A stretch of 62,499 bases of DNA, filler included, from Actinomycetota bacterium (GCA_025963875.1; 5 parts of 5 records of this genome joined end to end with filler, not necessarily neighbours in it); one strand, 5' to 3'; positions 18,842 through 28,664 are shown, numbered from the whole stretch's first letter. A program made the numbers and translations. Notes: a model not told the origin generated them from the letters alone.

Positions 18842-20260
18842 TTACGAAGCGGGGTCCCCGAGGTCCCGGAGCACCGCGTCGACAATCGTTGCTGCCGCCT
18901 GCTCGGCGATGGCGGCCTCCGACGCCTCCACCATCACCCGGACCACCGCCTCCGTCCCCGATGGGCGGACGAGCACCCTGCCGAGTTCTCCCAGCTCGGC
19001 CCTGACCGCGTCGACAGCCTCCCAGACGCCCGCCGCGCCGCTCAGGGCTGCACGGTCCCGGACCGGGACGTTGACCAGCACCTGGGGAAACCGCTCCACC
19101 ACCCTGGCCAGCTCGGACAGCGGCCGGCCGGTGGACGCCATGCGGGCGAGGAGGCGCAAGCCAGTGATCAGGCCGTCGCCGGTGGTCGAGCAGTCGGCGA
19201 GGATGACGTGGCCGGACTGCTCGCCGCCGATGCCGGCGCCGTGCCGGCGCATCGCCTCGATGACGTAGCGGTCGCCGACCGCCGTCTCCACAAGGTCGAT
19301 GCCCGCCGCCGTCATCCCTACCCGGAAGCCGAGGTTGGCCATGACCGTCGTCACCACCAGGCCGGCGGGCAGGCGTCCGGCCTCGTGCAGCTCGGTGGCG
19401 AGGATGGCGATGATGGCGTCGCCGTCCACGAGTTCGCCCCGGCTGTCCACCGCCAGCACCCGATCGGCGTCGCCGTCGTGGGCGAGGCCGGCGTCGGCGC
19501 CCAGGCGGACCACCGCCTCGGCAAGCCTGCTGGGATTGGTGGAGCCGCAGTCGACATTGATGTTCATCCCGTCGGGGGCCACGTTCATCTCGACGACCTC
19601 CGCCCCCGCCTCGGCGAGGGCGCGGGGGCTGGTGCGGAACGCCGCCCCGTTGGCGCAGTCGACCACCACCTTGATCCCCTCCAGGCGCCTGCCCTCAAGG
19701 CACCGCAGCGCGTGGGCGACGTAGCGGTCCTCCGCGTCGGGCAGCGAGAGGATCTGGCCGACATCGGCCCCCAACACCGCGCCGGCGTTCCCGCCGGACG
19801 CCTCCATGAGCGCCTCGATGCTCTCCTCCTCGCCATCGCTGAGCTTGTAGCCGTCCGGCCCGAAGAACTTGATCCCGTTGTGGGCGGCTGGGTTGTGCGA
19901 GGCGGAGACGACGGCGCCGGCGTCCGCCCCGACGTCGGCGGCAAGGAACGCCGCGGCCGGCGTGGGCAGCACCCCGCAGGCGAAGACGTCGGAGCCCGCC
20001 GAGAGCAGGCCCGCCGACAAGGCTGCCTCGAGCATGTCGCCGGACCGCCGGGTGTCGCGGACGATGAGAACGGAGGGCCGCCCGACGCCGCCCTCAAGCG
20101 GCCGGGTGATAAGCCCGAGGCCGCCCTCAAGCGGCCGGGTGATAAGACGGTGGGACCGGAAGACCGTGGCCGCAGCCCGGCCGAGGCCGAGGGCGAGCTC
20201 CGGAGTCAGTTCGAGGTTGGCGATGCCCCGGACGCCGTCCGTGCCGAACAAGCGGCCCAA
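18842..20260 (-). CDS. glmM: Phosphoglucosamine mutase
   Basis: LFGTDGVRG, SASHNP, HDGDADR, GGEQSGH, RPSGTE. Confidence 0.95.
   Translation of the reverse strand: MGRLFGTDGVRGIANLELTPELALGLGRAAATVFRSHRLITRPLEGGLGLITRPLEGGVGRPSVLIVRDTRRSGDMLEAALSAGLLSAGSDVFACGVLPTPAAAFLAADVGADAGAVVSASHNPAAHNGIKFFGPDGYKLSDGEEESIEALMEASGGNAGAVLGADVGQILSLPDAEDRYVAHALRCLEGRRLEGIKVVVDCANGAAFRTSPRALAEAGAEVVEMNVAPDGMNINVDCGSTNPSRLAEAVVRLGADAGLAHDGDADRVLAVDSRGELVDGDAIIAILATELHEAGRLPAGLVVTTVMANLGFRVGMTAAGIDLVETAVGDRYVIEAMRRHGAGIGGEQSGHVILADCSTTGDGLITGLRLLARMASTGRPLSELARVVERFPQVLVNVPVRDRAALSGAAGVWEAVDAVRAELGELGRVLVRPSGTEAVVRVMVEASEAAIAEQAAATIVDAVLRDLGDPAS
20087..20146. repeat. In-frame 27-bp direct repeat (33-bp period) inside glmM
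   Basis: GCCGCCCTCAAGCGGCCGGGTGATAAG at 20087-20113 and 20120-20146; encodes LITRPLEGG twice. Confidence 0.95.
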
Positions 20261-20267
20261 CAGGCGA

Positions 20268-20666
20268 CTACCGCTTCGAGTACTGCGGTGCCTTGCGAGC
20301 CTTCTTGAGTCCGTACTTGCGGCGCTCCTTGGCCCGGGAGTCCCGGGTGAGCATGCCCGCCCGCTTGAGCGGGATCCGCAACTCCGGGTCGAGGTCGATG
20401 AGGGCGCGGGCGATACCGTGGCGGATGGCCCCGGCCTGGCCCGTGTTGCCGCCGCCCTCCAGGAGGGCGAACACGTCGTAGGCCTTCTCGCGGCCCACGA
20501 GGCGGAACGGCTCCAGGATGGTCATGCGGACGGCGAGGTTCGGGAAGTAGTCCTCCAGGCTGCGCGAGCGGTTGATGGTGAAGTTGCCCTCGCCCGGCAC
20601 CAGCCGGACCCGGGCCACCGCTTCCTTCCGTCGCCCGGTCGCCCGGGACAGCTCGGCAACAGCCAT
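20268..20666 (-). CDS. rpsI: 30S ribosomal protein S9
   Basis: [11 protein letters not shown]...[14 protein letters not shown]. Confidence 0.98.
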   Translation of the reverse strand: MAVAELSRATGRRKEAVARVRLVPGEGNFTINRSRSLEDYFPNLAVRMTILEPFRLVGREKAYDVFALLEGGGNTGQAGAIRHGIARALIDLDPELRIPLKRAGMLTRDSRAKERRKYGLKKARKAPQYSKR

Positions 20667-20681
20667 CTGTTCTCCCTATTC

Positions 20682-21182
20682 CTAGTTGTCGTGGTTGGCT
20701 TGGCTGGCGCCGGTGCCGACGCTCTTGTTGACGGAAAGCGGCTGCGGCTTCTGCGCCTCGTGGGGGTGGCCCGGCCCCTTGTAGACCTTGAGCTTGCGGG
20801 CCATCGCCCGGCCGAGCCGGTTGTGCGGCAGCATGCCGCGGATGGCCTTCTCCACGGCGACGTCGGCCCGCTCCGCAATGAGCTTGTCGTAGTGGATGGC
20901 CTTGAGGCCCCCGGGGTACCCGGAGTGGCGGTACCAGATCTTGGCGCCGAGCTTGTTGCCGGTGAGCCGGACCTTCGAGGCGTTGATGACCACGACGAAG
21001 TCGCCCTCGTCGCGGTGGGGGGCGAAAGTGGGCTTGTGCTTGCCCCGGAGCACGTGCGCGACCTCAGCGGCGAGGCGGCCGAGGACCTGGCCGCTCGCGT
21101 CGACCACCCACCACGCGCGCTCCTCAGAAGAAGGCGTCACCGGGGCGGGGGGATTCTGAAGCTCACCCGCAGGAGTAGACAA
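20682..21182 (-). CDS. rplM: 50S ribosomal protein L13
   Basis: [36 protein letters not shown]; start uncertain (TTG 21182 or GTG 21140). Confidence 0.97.
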   Translation of the reverse strand: MSTPAGELQNPPAPVTPSSEERAWWVVDASGQVLGRLAAEVAHVLRGKHKPTFAPHRDEGDFVVVINASKVRLTGNKLGAKIWYRHSGYPGGLKAIHYDKLIAERADVAVEKAIRGMLPHNRLGRAMARKLKVYKGPGHPHEAQKPQPLSVNKSVGTGASQANHDN

Positions 21183-21191
21183 AGCTCAGCC

Positions 21192-21220
21192 ATGCTAGAG
21201 GCGGACAGGGAAAGCGTCAA
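21192..21220 (-). promoter_or_regulatory. Housekeeping sigma promoter of rplM-rpsI
   Basis: TTGACG-N17-TAGCAT on the minus strand. Confidence 0.75.
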
Positions 21221-21308
21221 ACGCGGGGTCGTTTACCATGCCGTCCAGTATGCCGTGGTCTGGAGGCCCGAGGCGCCCCTCAAGGCGCCGGATCAAAGGG
21301 AGCCCTCG

Positions 21309-21743
21309 ATGGTGACGACACGGCCAGCGACGTACGACGACTTCGAGGTCGTCTCCCGGCTGCTCACCGAACTGGGCAGGACCCCGCTCGACGGCGGCAA
21401 CGAGGAGTGGTTCCGGTCCATCTACCGGACGCAGATCGAGGATCCCTCGTGCTGCCACCTTGTGGCGGAGCTGGACGGATCCGTCGTCGGGTTCTGCTCG
21501 CTGCACTTCCGGCACCGCCTGAACCGTGCCCGGCCGGAGGGCTGGATCCCGGACCTGATCGTCGACCCGGCGGTGCGCCGCCGTGGGGTGGGCCGGGCGC
21601 TGCTCGAGGAGGCAGCCCGGCGTTCCCGGGCGGCGGGTTGCTTCGAGCTGGACCTGGAGAGCGGTGCGCAGCGCCGTGAAGCTCACGAGTTCTACCGCTC
21701 CGCCGGGATGGCCGAGGGCCTGGCTTTCGTGCTGCGGCTGTAG
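21309..21743 (+). CDS. GNAT family N-acetyltransferase
   Basis: RBS GGGAG; LIVDPAVRRRGVGRALL; LESGAQRREAHEFY. Confidence 0.9.
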   Translation: MVTTRPATYDDFEVVSRLLTELGRTPLDGGNEEWFRSIYRTQIEDPSCCHLVAELDGSVVGFCSLHFRHRLNRARPEGWIPDLIVDPAVRRRGVGRALLEEAARRSRAAGCFELDLESGAQRREAHEFYRSAGMAEGLAFVLRL

Positions 21744-21749
21744 CAGGTC

Positions 21750-21797
21750 GAGGTCTGGAAGTTTTCCCGCGCATACGCGGGATTTTTTCCGGACCTC
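21750..21797. repeat. Two-stem hairpin with CATA loop
   Basis: GAGGTCTGGAA-GTTT-TCCCGCG-CATA-CGCGGGA-TTTT-TTCCGGACCTC. Confidence 0.85.
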
Positions 21798-21798
21798 C

Positions 21799-22563
21799 TC
21801 AGCCCCCGTCGAGGAATGGCCCCACCAGTGACAGCAGGCGGTCGGCGTCACACATCACCTGCATGTGCGTCGTGCCGGGGAGCACTGCCAGCTGCGCGTT
21901 GGGGATGAGCTCGAACATCTCGATGGCGTGCTCGAGGCGGATGAAATCCGTGTCGCCGACCATGATCAGGGTCGGCGCGCCGATCGCCCGCAGCTCTTCG
22001 GGGCTCCAACCCTCGAAGGCAGCCACGGCGGCCGAGGTCTTCGCCAGGATCTCAGGGAAATGGCCCGGGTCCGGGGCCACGCGGGCGTAAGCGTCTGCCA
22101 TCGCCTGGAAGGCCGACTGTGTGGGCATCCTGTGGGATTCGGGTCGACCCGGGGCCCGGACGTCCTCGTGGTAGCCGTCCTGCCGGTACCCCGCCGAAGC
22201 CACGACCATCTTGTTGACCACGTCGGGATGGCGGATCGCGACCGTCAGGTTGACCAGCCCGCCGAGGCTGAAGCCGAAGAAGTCCGCCTTGTCGATCGCA
22301 AGCTGCCCGAGCAGTGCCACGACGTCGCCGGCGAGATAGTCGAGCGAGATCTCCCGGTCGATGTCGGCGGTGTGCCCGTGGCCCTGCAGCTCGATCGCGA
22401 TGACCTGCCGCCGCTCCGCCAGGGCCGGAAGGATGGCGCCGAAGGCCGTCTCGATGGTGAGCAGGCCGCCGTGGAGCAGCACGAGCGGCGGGTCCTCCCC
22501 CGGCGCCCCGTGGAGCTCGTAATACATCTCCAGTCCGTTGACTGGCGCGTAGTGTGCGTTCAT
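21799..22563 (-). CDS. Alpha/beta hydrolase
   Basis: VNGLEMYYE.HG, LLHGG, GHGHT, GFSLGG nucleophile, LPGTTH. Confidence 0.92.
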   Translation of the reverse strand: MNAHYAPVNGLEMYYELHGAPGEDPPLVLLHGGLLTIETAFGAILPALAERRQVIAIELQGHGHTADIDREISLDYLAGDVVALLGQLAIDKADFFGFSLGGLVNLTVAIRHPDVVNKMVVASAGYRQDGYHEDVRAPGRPESHRMPTQSAFQAMADAYARVAPDPGHFPEILAKTSAAVAAFEGWSPEELRAIGAPTLIMVGDTDFIRLEHAIEMFELIPNAQLAVLPGTTHMQVMCDADRLLSLVGPFLDGG

Positions 22564-22605
22564 GGTCGCTTGTAGGACGTTCCCCGCCCCACAAAGTCAT
22601 CGGTT

Positions 22606-22644
22606 GGGTGCAATTTCCCACGCATACGGTGGGTTTTTGCACCC
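22606..22644. repeat. Two-stem hairpin with GCATACG loop
   Basis: GGGTGCAA-TTT-CCCAC-GCATACG-GTGGG-TTT-TTGCACCC. Confidence 0.8.
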
Positions 22645-22664
22645 GCCCCGGCCGGCGCCAGCTC

Positions 22665-23435
22665 TCAGGCCCGGACGAGTTCCTCCGGGTAGTCGACCTC
22701 GACGAGGAACAGGCCATGGGGCGGCGCCACCGGGCCGGCGGCGGCGCGGTCACGGGCCTCCAGCACCTCGGCGACCCAGCCCGGCGGGTGCTCGCCCTCG
22801 CCCACCTTGACCAGCGTGCCGACGATCGAGCGGACCATCTGCTGGATGAAGGCGTTGGCGGAGACCCGGATGACGACGAGCTCCTCCGTGCGCTGTACCG
22901 AGATGGCGAGGAGATTGCGCACGGCGGTGGCTCCCTCGGGGACCCGGCCGAACGAGGAAAAGTCGTGGGTCCCGAGGAGCGCCTGGGCGGCCTCGTGCAT
23001 CGCGTCGGCGTCGAGGCCATGACCAAGACCCGCCGGAGCGTGGTGCCAGGCGACGTGGCGGGAGAACGGGTCGTGGACCTGGCGGGTGAAGATAGCGTAC
23101 TCGTAGGTCCTCGATGCGGCGGAGAAACGGGCGTCGAAGCCGGCAGGGGCCTCGGCCAGCTCCAGGACGGCGATCGTCGGGCCGCAGAGGGCGTTGAGGC
23201 GGCGCTGGAGGGCCGGCAGGTCCTCGAGGGGGGCGCCGATGGTGAAGGACATCACCTGCCCCAGGGCGTGGACCCCGGCATCGGTGCGGCCGGCGCCGGT
23301 GGTGACCACGGGGCTGCGCAGGACCTTCGCCAGGGCGTCCTCGATCGTTCCCTGGACGGTCGTCAGCTCCTGCTGGCGGGCGAAGCCGTGGTAGGGCGCG
23401 CCGTCGTAGGCGACGTGCAGGCGGTAGGTGGGCAC
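22665..23435 (-). CDS. truA: tRNA pseudouridine(38-40) synthase
   Basis: AYDG..Y.GF..Q, AGRTDAGVHA.GQ, FDARFSA, QMVRSIVG, APPHGL.L..V.Y. Confidence 0.96.
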   Translation of the reverse strand: MPTYRLHVAYDGAPYHGFARQQELTTVQGTIEDALAKVLRSPVVTTGAGRTDAGVHALGQVMSFTIGAPLEDLPALQRRLNALCGPTIAVLELAEAPAGFDARFSAASRTYEYAIFTRQVHDPFSRHVAWHHAPAGLGHGLDADAMHEAAQALLGTHDFSSFGRVPEGATAVRNLLAISVQRTEELVVIRVSANAFIQQMVRSIVGTLVKVGEGEHPPGWVAEVLEARDRAAAGPVAPPHGLFLVEVDYPEELVRA

Positions 23436-23445
23436 CGCCGAGCGC

Positions 23446-24009
23446 CTACTCGTCTACGACGGACTCTTCCTCGTCCGCGACGCCGCCCTCCGTGGCGGAT
23501 TCCTCCACAGGTTCGGGATCAGGCGTGGTCGTGGCGGGGGTCGCCTTCTCCTCGGCGGTCACCTCGGCCTCCTCCTGGCTCCGCCCGCCCCGGCCGCGGC
23601 GCCGGAGCAGCCGGCGGCGGCGCTCCTCCTCGGCCGGCTTTGTCTCGGGCGCGGCACCCTCCACGATCTCGATCAGCACCATGGGGGCCGCATCGCCTTT
23701 GCGGGGGGCGAGCTTGATGATGCGCGTGTAGCCGCCGTTGCGGTCGGCGAAGCGGGGAGCGATGTCCGAGAAGAGCTTGTGGATGATGTCCCGGTCCTCG
23801 ACCACGGCGAGCGCACGGCGCCGGGAGGCGATCGTGCCCTCCTTGGCGGTCGTGATCAGCTTCTCGGCCACCGGTCGCAGGCGCCGGGCCTTCGTCTCGG
23901 TGGTCCGGATCCGCTCCTCCCGGAAGAGGGCAGCGGCGAGGCCGGCCAGCATCAGCCTCTCGTGGGCCGGCCCCGATCCGAGCCGGGCCCCCTTCGGCGG
24001 CTTGGGCAC
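23446..24009 (-). CDS. rplQ: 50S ribosomal protein L17 with C-terminal extension
   Basis: [28 protein letters not shown]...RKGDAAPM. Confidence 0.97.
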   Translation of the reverse strand: MPKPPKGARLGSGPAHERLMLAGLAAALFREERIRTTETKARRLRPVAEKLITTAKEGTIASRRRALAVVEDRDIIHKLFSDIAPRFADRNGGYTRIIKLAPRKGDAAPMVLIEIVEGAAPETKPAEEERRRRLLRRRGRGGRSQEEAEVTAEEKATPATTTPDPEPVEESATEGGVADEEESVVDE

Positions 24010-24014
24010 CTAGA

Positions 24015-24968
24015 TCAGCTCCATTCCCGCTGCTTGAGGCCGAGGCTGAGCTCGGCGAGCTTCTGCTTGACCTCCTCGATGGACTTCTGCCCGAAGTTGC
24101 GGATGTCGAGCAGGTCCTCCTCGGTTCGCTCGATGAGCTGGCCGACGGTGGTGACGCCCTCCCGCTTCAGGCAGTTGTAGGAGCGGACGGACAGGTCGAG
24201 GTCCTCGATGGGGGTGAGCAGGTCGGCGCCACGCCCACCTTCGCCCGGCTCGGGACCCAGGCGCAGGCCGGGTCCCTGGGCGAGGTCGGCGAAGAGCTGG
24301 AAGAGCTCGACGAGCGTCCCGCCGGCTGCCGAGAGGGCCTCCTTGGGGGCGAGGCTCCCGTTGGTGGTGATGTCGACGACGAGGCGGTCGTAGTCGGTCT
24401 TCTGCTCGACGCGGGTCGACTCGACGGTGAAGGTCACCCGGCGGACCGGGGAGAAGATCGAGTCGATCGGGATGACGCCGATGGAGGCACCAACCGGCTT
24501 GTTGCGGTCGGCCTGGACGTAGCCCCGGCCCCGTTCGACGGTCATCTCGAGGTCGAGGCGGCCCCGCTTGTTCAGGGTGCAGATGAGCAGGTCCGGGTTG
24601 AGGATGGTCACCTCGGGCGGCGCCTGGATGTCGGCGGCCCGGACCTCCTTCGGCCCGGAGATCGACACGCGCAGGGTGACGGTCTCGTCGACCTCGGAGC
24701 GCAGCACCAGGTCCTTGATGTTCAGGATGATGTCGGTGACGTCCTCCTTGCACCCGGGGATGCTGGAGAACTCGTGGCTGACCCCCTCGATGCGGACGGT
24801 AGTGACCGCCGCACCGGGGATGGAGGAGATGAGGGTGCGCCGGAGCGAGTTGCCGAGCGTGTAGCCGAAGCCCGGCTCGAGCGGCTCGATCGCGAAACGG
24901 CCGCGACGGTCGCTGACCTCTTCGACGGTGATCTGAGGGCGCTGAACGATGAGCAGACTTGATTCCAT
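24015..24968 (-). CDS. rpoA: RNA polymerase alpha subunit
   Basis: [46 protein letters not shown]. Confidence 0.98.
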   Translation of the reverse strand: MESSLLIVQRPQITVEEVSDRRGRFAIEPLEPGFGYTLGNSLRRTLISSIPGAAVTTVRIEGVSHEFSSIPGCKEDVTDIILNIKDLVLRSEVDETVTLRVSISGPKEVRAADIQAPPEVTILNPDLLICTLNKRGRLDLEMTVERGRGYVQADRNKPVGASIGVIPIDSIFSPVRRVTFTVESTRVEQKTDYDRLVVDITTNGSLAPKEALSAAGGTLVELFQLFADLAQGPGLRLGPEPGEGGRGADLLTPIEDLDLSVRSYNCLKREGVTTVGQLIERTEEDLLDIRNFGQKSIEEVKQKLAELSLGLKQREWS

Positions 24969-25030
24969 TGGAGTCCTTCCTTTAATCCCGGAACTCTCCC
25001 GGGAGAGGTGCCCGGACTGGCTGCCCGGGC

Positions 25031-25657
25031 CTACTTGCTATACAGCTCGACGATCATCTGCTCCTGCACCGGCACATCGATGACGCCGCGGGCCGGTTCC
25101 GACACGACGGAGATCTTGAGCTCGCCGGCCTCGAGGATCAGCCACTCGGGGATGTGGCGACCGGCGGCGAACGCTGCGGCCTCCACGATCCTGCCGACGG
25201 AGCGGGATCTCTCCCGGACCGCCACGACATCGCCGGCCTTGACCCGGTACGAGGGGATGTCGACCTTGCGGCCGTTGACCTGGAAATGGCCGTGCGTCAC
25301 GAACTGGCGGGCCTGGTCCCGGCTCATGGCGAGGCCACCCCGGTACACCACGTTGTCCAACCGCAGCTCGAGGAGCTGGAGCAGGCGCGTGCCGGTGACC
25401 CCCTTGGCGCGGGTGGCCTCCTCGTAGTAGCGGCGGAACTGCTTCTCGAGGACCCCGTAGATGCGGCGGGCCTTCTGCTTCTCCCGGAGCTGCACCAGGT
25501 ACTCGCTCTCCTTGATGCGGCCCCGGCCGTGCTGACCCGGCGGGTAGGGGCGGCGCTCGATGGCGCACTTGGGACCCATGCAGCGGGTGCCCTTCAGGAA
25601 GAGCTTCATGCGCTCCCGGCGGCAGAGCCGGCAGACCGGCCCGGTGTAGCGTGCCAT
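25031..25657 (-). CDS. rpsD: 30S ribosomal protein S4 (Cys/Zn form)
   Basis: [40 protein letters not shown]. Confidence 0.98.
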   Translation of the reverse strand: MARYTGPVCRLCRRERMKLFLKGTRCMGPKCAIERRPYPPGQHGRGRIKESEYLVQLREKQKARRIYGVLEKQFRRYYEEATRAKGVTGTRLLQLLELRLDNVVYRGGLAMSRDQARQFVTHGHFQVNGRKVDIPSYRVKAGDVVAVRERSRSVGRIVEAAAFAAGRHIPEWLILEAGELKISVVSEPARGVIDVPVQEQMIVELYSK

Positions 25658-26043
25658 TACACCCTCCGCCGCTTGCGGGGCCGGCACCCGTTGTGGGGAA
25701 CCGGCGTCGAATCCATGATGCCGAGGATCTCCAGCCCGGACGCCTGCAGGGAGCGGATGGCGGTCTCCCGCCCGGCCCCCGGGCCCTTCACGAACACGTC
25801 GACCTTGCGCACCCCGTGCTCCTGGGCGCGCCGGCTGGCCGCCTCGGCAGCGAGCTGGGCGGCAAACGGGGTGGACTTCCGGGATCCCTTGAAGCCGACG
25901 TTGCCGGCGGACGCCCACGACAGTGCGTTGCCCGCCCCGTCGGTAATGGTGACGATCGTGTTGTTGAACGTCGACTTGATGTGGGCCTGGCCGTGGACGA
26001 TGTTCTTCTTCTCTTTGCGCTTGGGCTTCTTCGTTTTTGGCAT
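25657..26043 (-). CDS. rpsK: 30S ribosomal protein S11
   Basis: [38 protein letters not shown]. Confidence 0.98.
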   Translation of the reverse strand: MPKTKKPKRKEKKNIVHGQAHIKSTFNNTIVTITDGAGNALSWASAGNVGFKGSRKSTPFAAQLAAEAASRRAQEHGVRKVDVFVKGPGAGRETAIRSLQASGLEILGIMDSTPVPHNGCRPRKRRRV

Positions 26044-26050
26044 TCGGCTT

Positions 26051-26428
26051 CTACTTCCCCTTCTTGCGCTTCACGCCCACGGTCTTCTTGGGTCCCTTGC
26101 GGGTGCGTGCATTGGTGTGGGTCCGCTGGCCGTGCACCGGCAGGCTGCGGCGGTGCCGGAGGCCCTGGTAGCAGACGATCTCGATCTTGCGCTTGATGTT
26201 CTGGCCCTCTTCGCGGCGCAGGTCGCCCTCCACCTTGTAGTGGGCGTCGATGTAGCCGCGGAGGCGGACGATCTCGTCCTCGGAGAGGTCCCGGATGCGC
26301 GTGTCCCCGCTGACCATGGCGCCGCGGATGACCTCCTTGGCCCGGGTGGGCCCGACCCCATAGATATAGGTCAGGCCGATCTCGAGCCGCTTCTCGCGGG
26401 GCAGGTCGACGCCGGAGATGCGCGCCAT
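26051..26428 (-). CDS. rpsM: 30S ribosomal protein S13
   Basis: [35 protein letters not shown]. Confidence 0.98.
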   Translation of the reverse strand: MARISGVDLPREKRLEIGLTYIYGVGPTRAKEVIRGAMVSGDTRIRDLSEDEIVRLRGYIDAHYKVEGDLRREEGQNIKRKIEIVCYQGLRHRRSLPVHGQRTHTNARTRKGPKKTVGVKRKKGK

Positions 26429-26542
26429 CTAGCCCTGCCGCTGCTTGTGGCGGGGGTTGCTGCAGATCACGATCACCCGGCCGTGCCGGCGCACGATCTT
26501 GCACTTCTCGCACATCCGCTTGACGCTCGGATTCACCTTCAT
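26429..26542 (-). CDS. rpmJ: 50S ribosomal protein L36 (absent from the ORF track)
   Basis: Manual translation [37 protein letters not shown]. Confidence 0.97.
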   Translation of the reverse strand: MKVNPSVKRMCEKCKIVRRHGRVIVICSNPRHKQRQG

Positions 26543-26572
26543 CGCATCTAGTCCTTTTATCCTTTTTATCTC

Positions 26573-26809
26573 TCAGCGGTACCGGAAGATTATCCGGCCC
26601 CGGGTCAGGTCGTAGGGCGACAGCTCCACCAGCACCCGGTCCCCGGGCAGCACCCGGATGTAGTTCATGCGCATCTTGCCGCCGATGTGGGCAAGGACCT
26701 TGTGGCCGCCGGGGATCTCGACGCGGAACATCGCGTTGGGGAGGGTCTCGATGACCGAGCCCTCCACCTCGATGACATCCTCTTTGCCTGCCGACTTGCC
26801 CTTTGCCAT
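26573..26809 (-). CDS. infA: Translation initiation factor IF-1
   Basis: [16 protein letters not shown]...[32 protein letters not shown]. Confidence 0.98.
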   Translation of the reverse strand: MAKGKSAGKEDVIEVEGSVIETLPNAMFRVEIPGGHKVLAHIGGKMRMNYIRVLPGDRVLVELSPYDLTRGRIIFRYR

Positions 26810-27321
26810 CTCCACCCCACGTCGATGCTCTCCAACTCCCGGAACCCCGCCTGTGGCGGGCAGGCGCTCCGGCGCGCGTAAACTTTCCAGCGCCGTCCTT
26901 CCCGTCCAACCGAGTGGGTGGCCAGGAATGAGCCGGGGCTGAAATGGACCCGCCTGAGCAGACCCACGACTGTAACAGTGCGACTGGAACCAGTCTACAC
27001 AGGGTCACCCCGGAGCCGCGACTCTTTCAACGGGCGGTTTCATGCGGGCACTCCCCGCATAATCCAGTACCCGGTCGAATTCCCTACGTCACGTTAAAGA
27101 ATTTTAACTCAAGTTCCCTCCCGCCTTTCCCGAGCATCGTGAGGGACGGGGAAGTACTTAGTGCAGATGGACCAGCCCGGGTGGACCCCCTGGATGGTCA
27201 CACGGAGCGACTGAACTACCCCGGGCAGCGTAGAAGCGCTTGAGACAGCACACCGGGTGAGGCGGTTCCGAGCGTCCCTACGGGGTCCGGACCGGCTCTG
27301 GAGCTGCAAGGGGGGAGGCAA

Positions 27322-27465
27322 ATGTCGCTCGAACGCACGCCGGCGCCGTCTGGCCCCGCCCAGCAGGCAGCCGTCCTTCCTACCGATGTTCGCCCACGGG
27401 CAATTTTCGCTGATCCAATATCCGGAAATGCGGCAGAAATCATCCGTCCAATAGCCGCTGAATAA
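27322..27465 (+). CDS. Possible 47-aa small protein
   Basis: GGAGG RBS then ATG; MSLERTPAPSGPAQQ...IIRPIAAE*; no recognisable family. Confidence 0.3.
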   Translation: MSLERTPAPSGPAQQAAVLPTDVRPRAIFADPISGNAAEIIRPIAAE

Positions 27466-27566
27466 CAAAATACTAACTTGACCACCGTGGGAAATAAAAG
27501 TAACTTGTCAACCAGCGAAACTGCCCAAAGCAGCAAGCCCAATAGGACCCGGGGGGGACTGTTCCC

Positions 27567-28541
27567 ATGCCACTGATCTCGTCCAACCGCCTTCTGTTTC
27601 TCGCCCCACGCCGCCGGCGCTACGAGGACGTCGAGACCGCAGCTCTGGATTTGGCTCTCGACGTGGCTGCAGCTCCGGCTCGCATGCTGACGGCGGAGGC
27701 CGGCGCACTCGTGGACGATATCGACCAGGTCATCGCCCTGGAGGACCGTCCCACGCCGCTCGGCAGCGACCTGGCTTTCGAGGCCGAAGTCGCCGAGCTC
27801 AGCGACTACCCCTGCATCGTCAAGCTGCCCTCGGTCAGCCTCATCATCCCCACGCTGAACGAGGAAGCGAACATCGGCTGGGTGCTGCAGCGGGTACCGG
27901 CCTGCGTCGACGAGATCATCGTGGTCGACGGCGGGTCCACGGACCGCACCGTCGAGGTCGCCAGGACCCTCCGCCCCGACGTGGTGGTCGTCACCGAGCT
28001 CCGGAAGGGCAAGGGCGTTGCGCTGCGGACCGGTTTCGCCAAGGCAACCCGCGAGGTCATCGTCATGATCGACGCCGACGGCAGCATGGACCCGGCCGAG
28101 ATCGAGAGCTACGTGCTCGCGGTCGACCAGGGCTACGACCTCGTGAAGGGCTCCCGGGCGACCGGCGGCTCGACGGACCTGACGCCAACTCGGCTGCTCG
28201 GCAACTTCTGTCTCCGGGGCCTGGTCAACCTCCTCTACTCCGCGGACTTCAGCGAGCTCTGCTACGGCTTCATGGCCCTGCGGCGCACCTCGGTGCCGGC
28301 GATGGACCTTGTCGCCGACGGCTTCGAGATCGAGACCGAGATCGTGGTCAACTCGCTGCGGCGGGGGATGCGGATCGCCGAGATCCCGAGCCACGAGTCG
28401 GAGCGCCTGAACGGCGTGTCGCACCTGCACCCGGTGCGAGACGGCCTGCGGGTCCTCTCCACCATCGTCCGGGCTCGCTTCTCCCGGCTGCAGTCCGACC
28501 AGACGGGGACCCCGAGCCTGGCGCAGGATTCCATAGGTTAA
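27567..28541 (+). CDS. Glycosyltransferase family 2 (DPM1-like)
   Basis: SLIIPTLNEE, VVDGGSTD.T, GKGVAL..GF, MIDADGSMDP, GFEIETE. Confidence 0.92.
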   Translation: MPLISSNRLLFLAPRRRRYEDVETAALDLALDVAAAPARMLTAEAGALVDDIDQVIALEDRPTPLGSDLAFEAEVAELSDYPCIVKLPSVSLIIPTLNEEANIGWVLQRVPACVDEIIVVDGGSTDRTVEVARTLRPDVVVVTELRKGKGVALRTGFAKATREVIVMIDADGSMDPAEIESYVLAVDQGYDLVKGSRATGGSTDLTPTRLLGNFCLRGLVNLLYSADFSELCYGFMALRRTSVPAMDLVADGFEIETEIVVNSLRRGMRIAEIPSHESERLNGVSHLHPVRDGLRVLSTIVRARFSRLQSDQTGTPSLAQDSIG

Positions 28542-28586
28542 TAGCCGAGGTTAATAGCCGAGGTTAATAGCCGAGGCTTATCGCCC
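28535..28586. repeat. 13-bp tandem repeat, three perfect copies plus one degenerate
   Basis: AGGTTAATAGCCG at 28535, 28548 and 28561; AGGCTTATCGCCC at 28574. Confidence 0.9.
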
Positions 28587-28623
28587 AGTTCAACGAGTTT
28601 CAACGTTTGACAAGATGTAGTGC

Positions 28624-28658
28624 AAAAGGCGCCGGCCCGGGGGGGACCGGCTCTTTTT
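28624..28658. terminator. Bidirectional intrinsic terminator
   Basis: AAAAGG-C-GCCGG...CCGGC-T-CTTTTT between convergent genes. Confidence 0.7.
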
Positions 28659-28664
28659 GTTGCG

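Noticed and set aside
16553..20308. Very long antisense or alternate-frame ORFs (also 53637-57497, 46379-48538, 3712-6039)
   Set aside because: Shadow ORFs of real high-GC genes; no motifs.
28535..28586. CRISPR array
   Set aside because: 13-bp units with no spacers and no cas genes.
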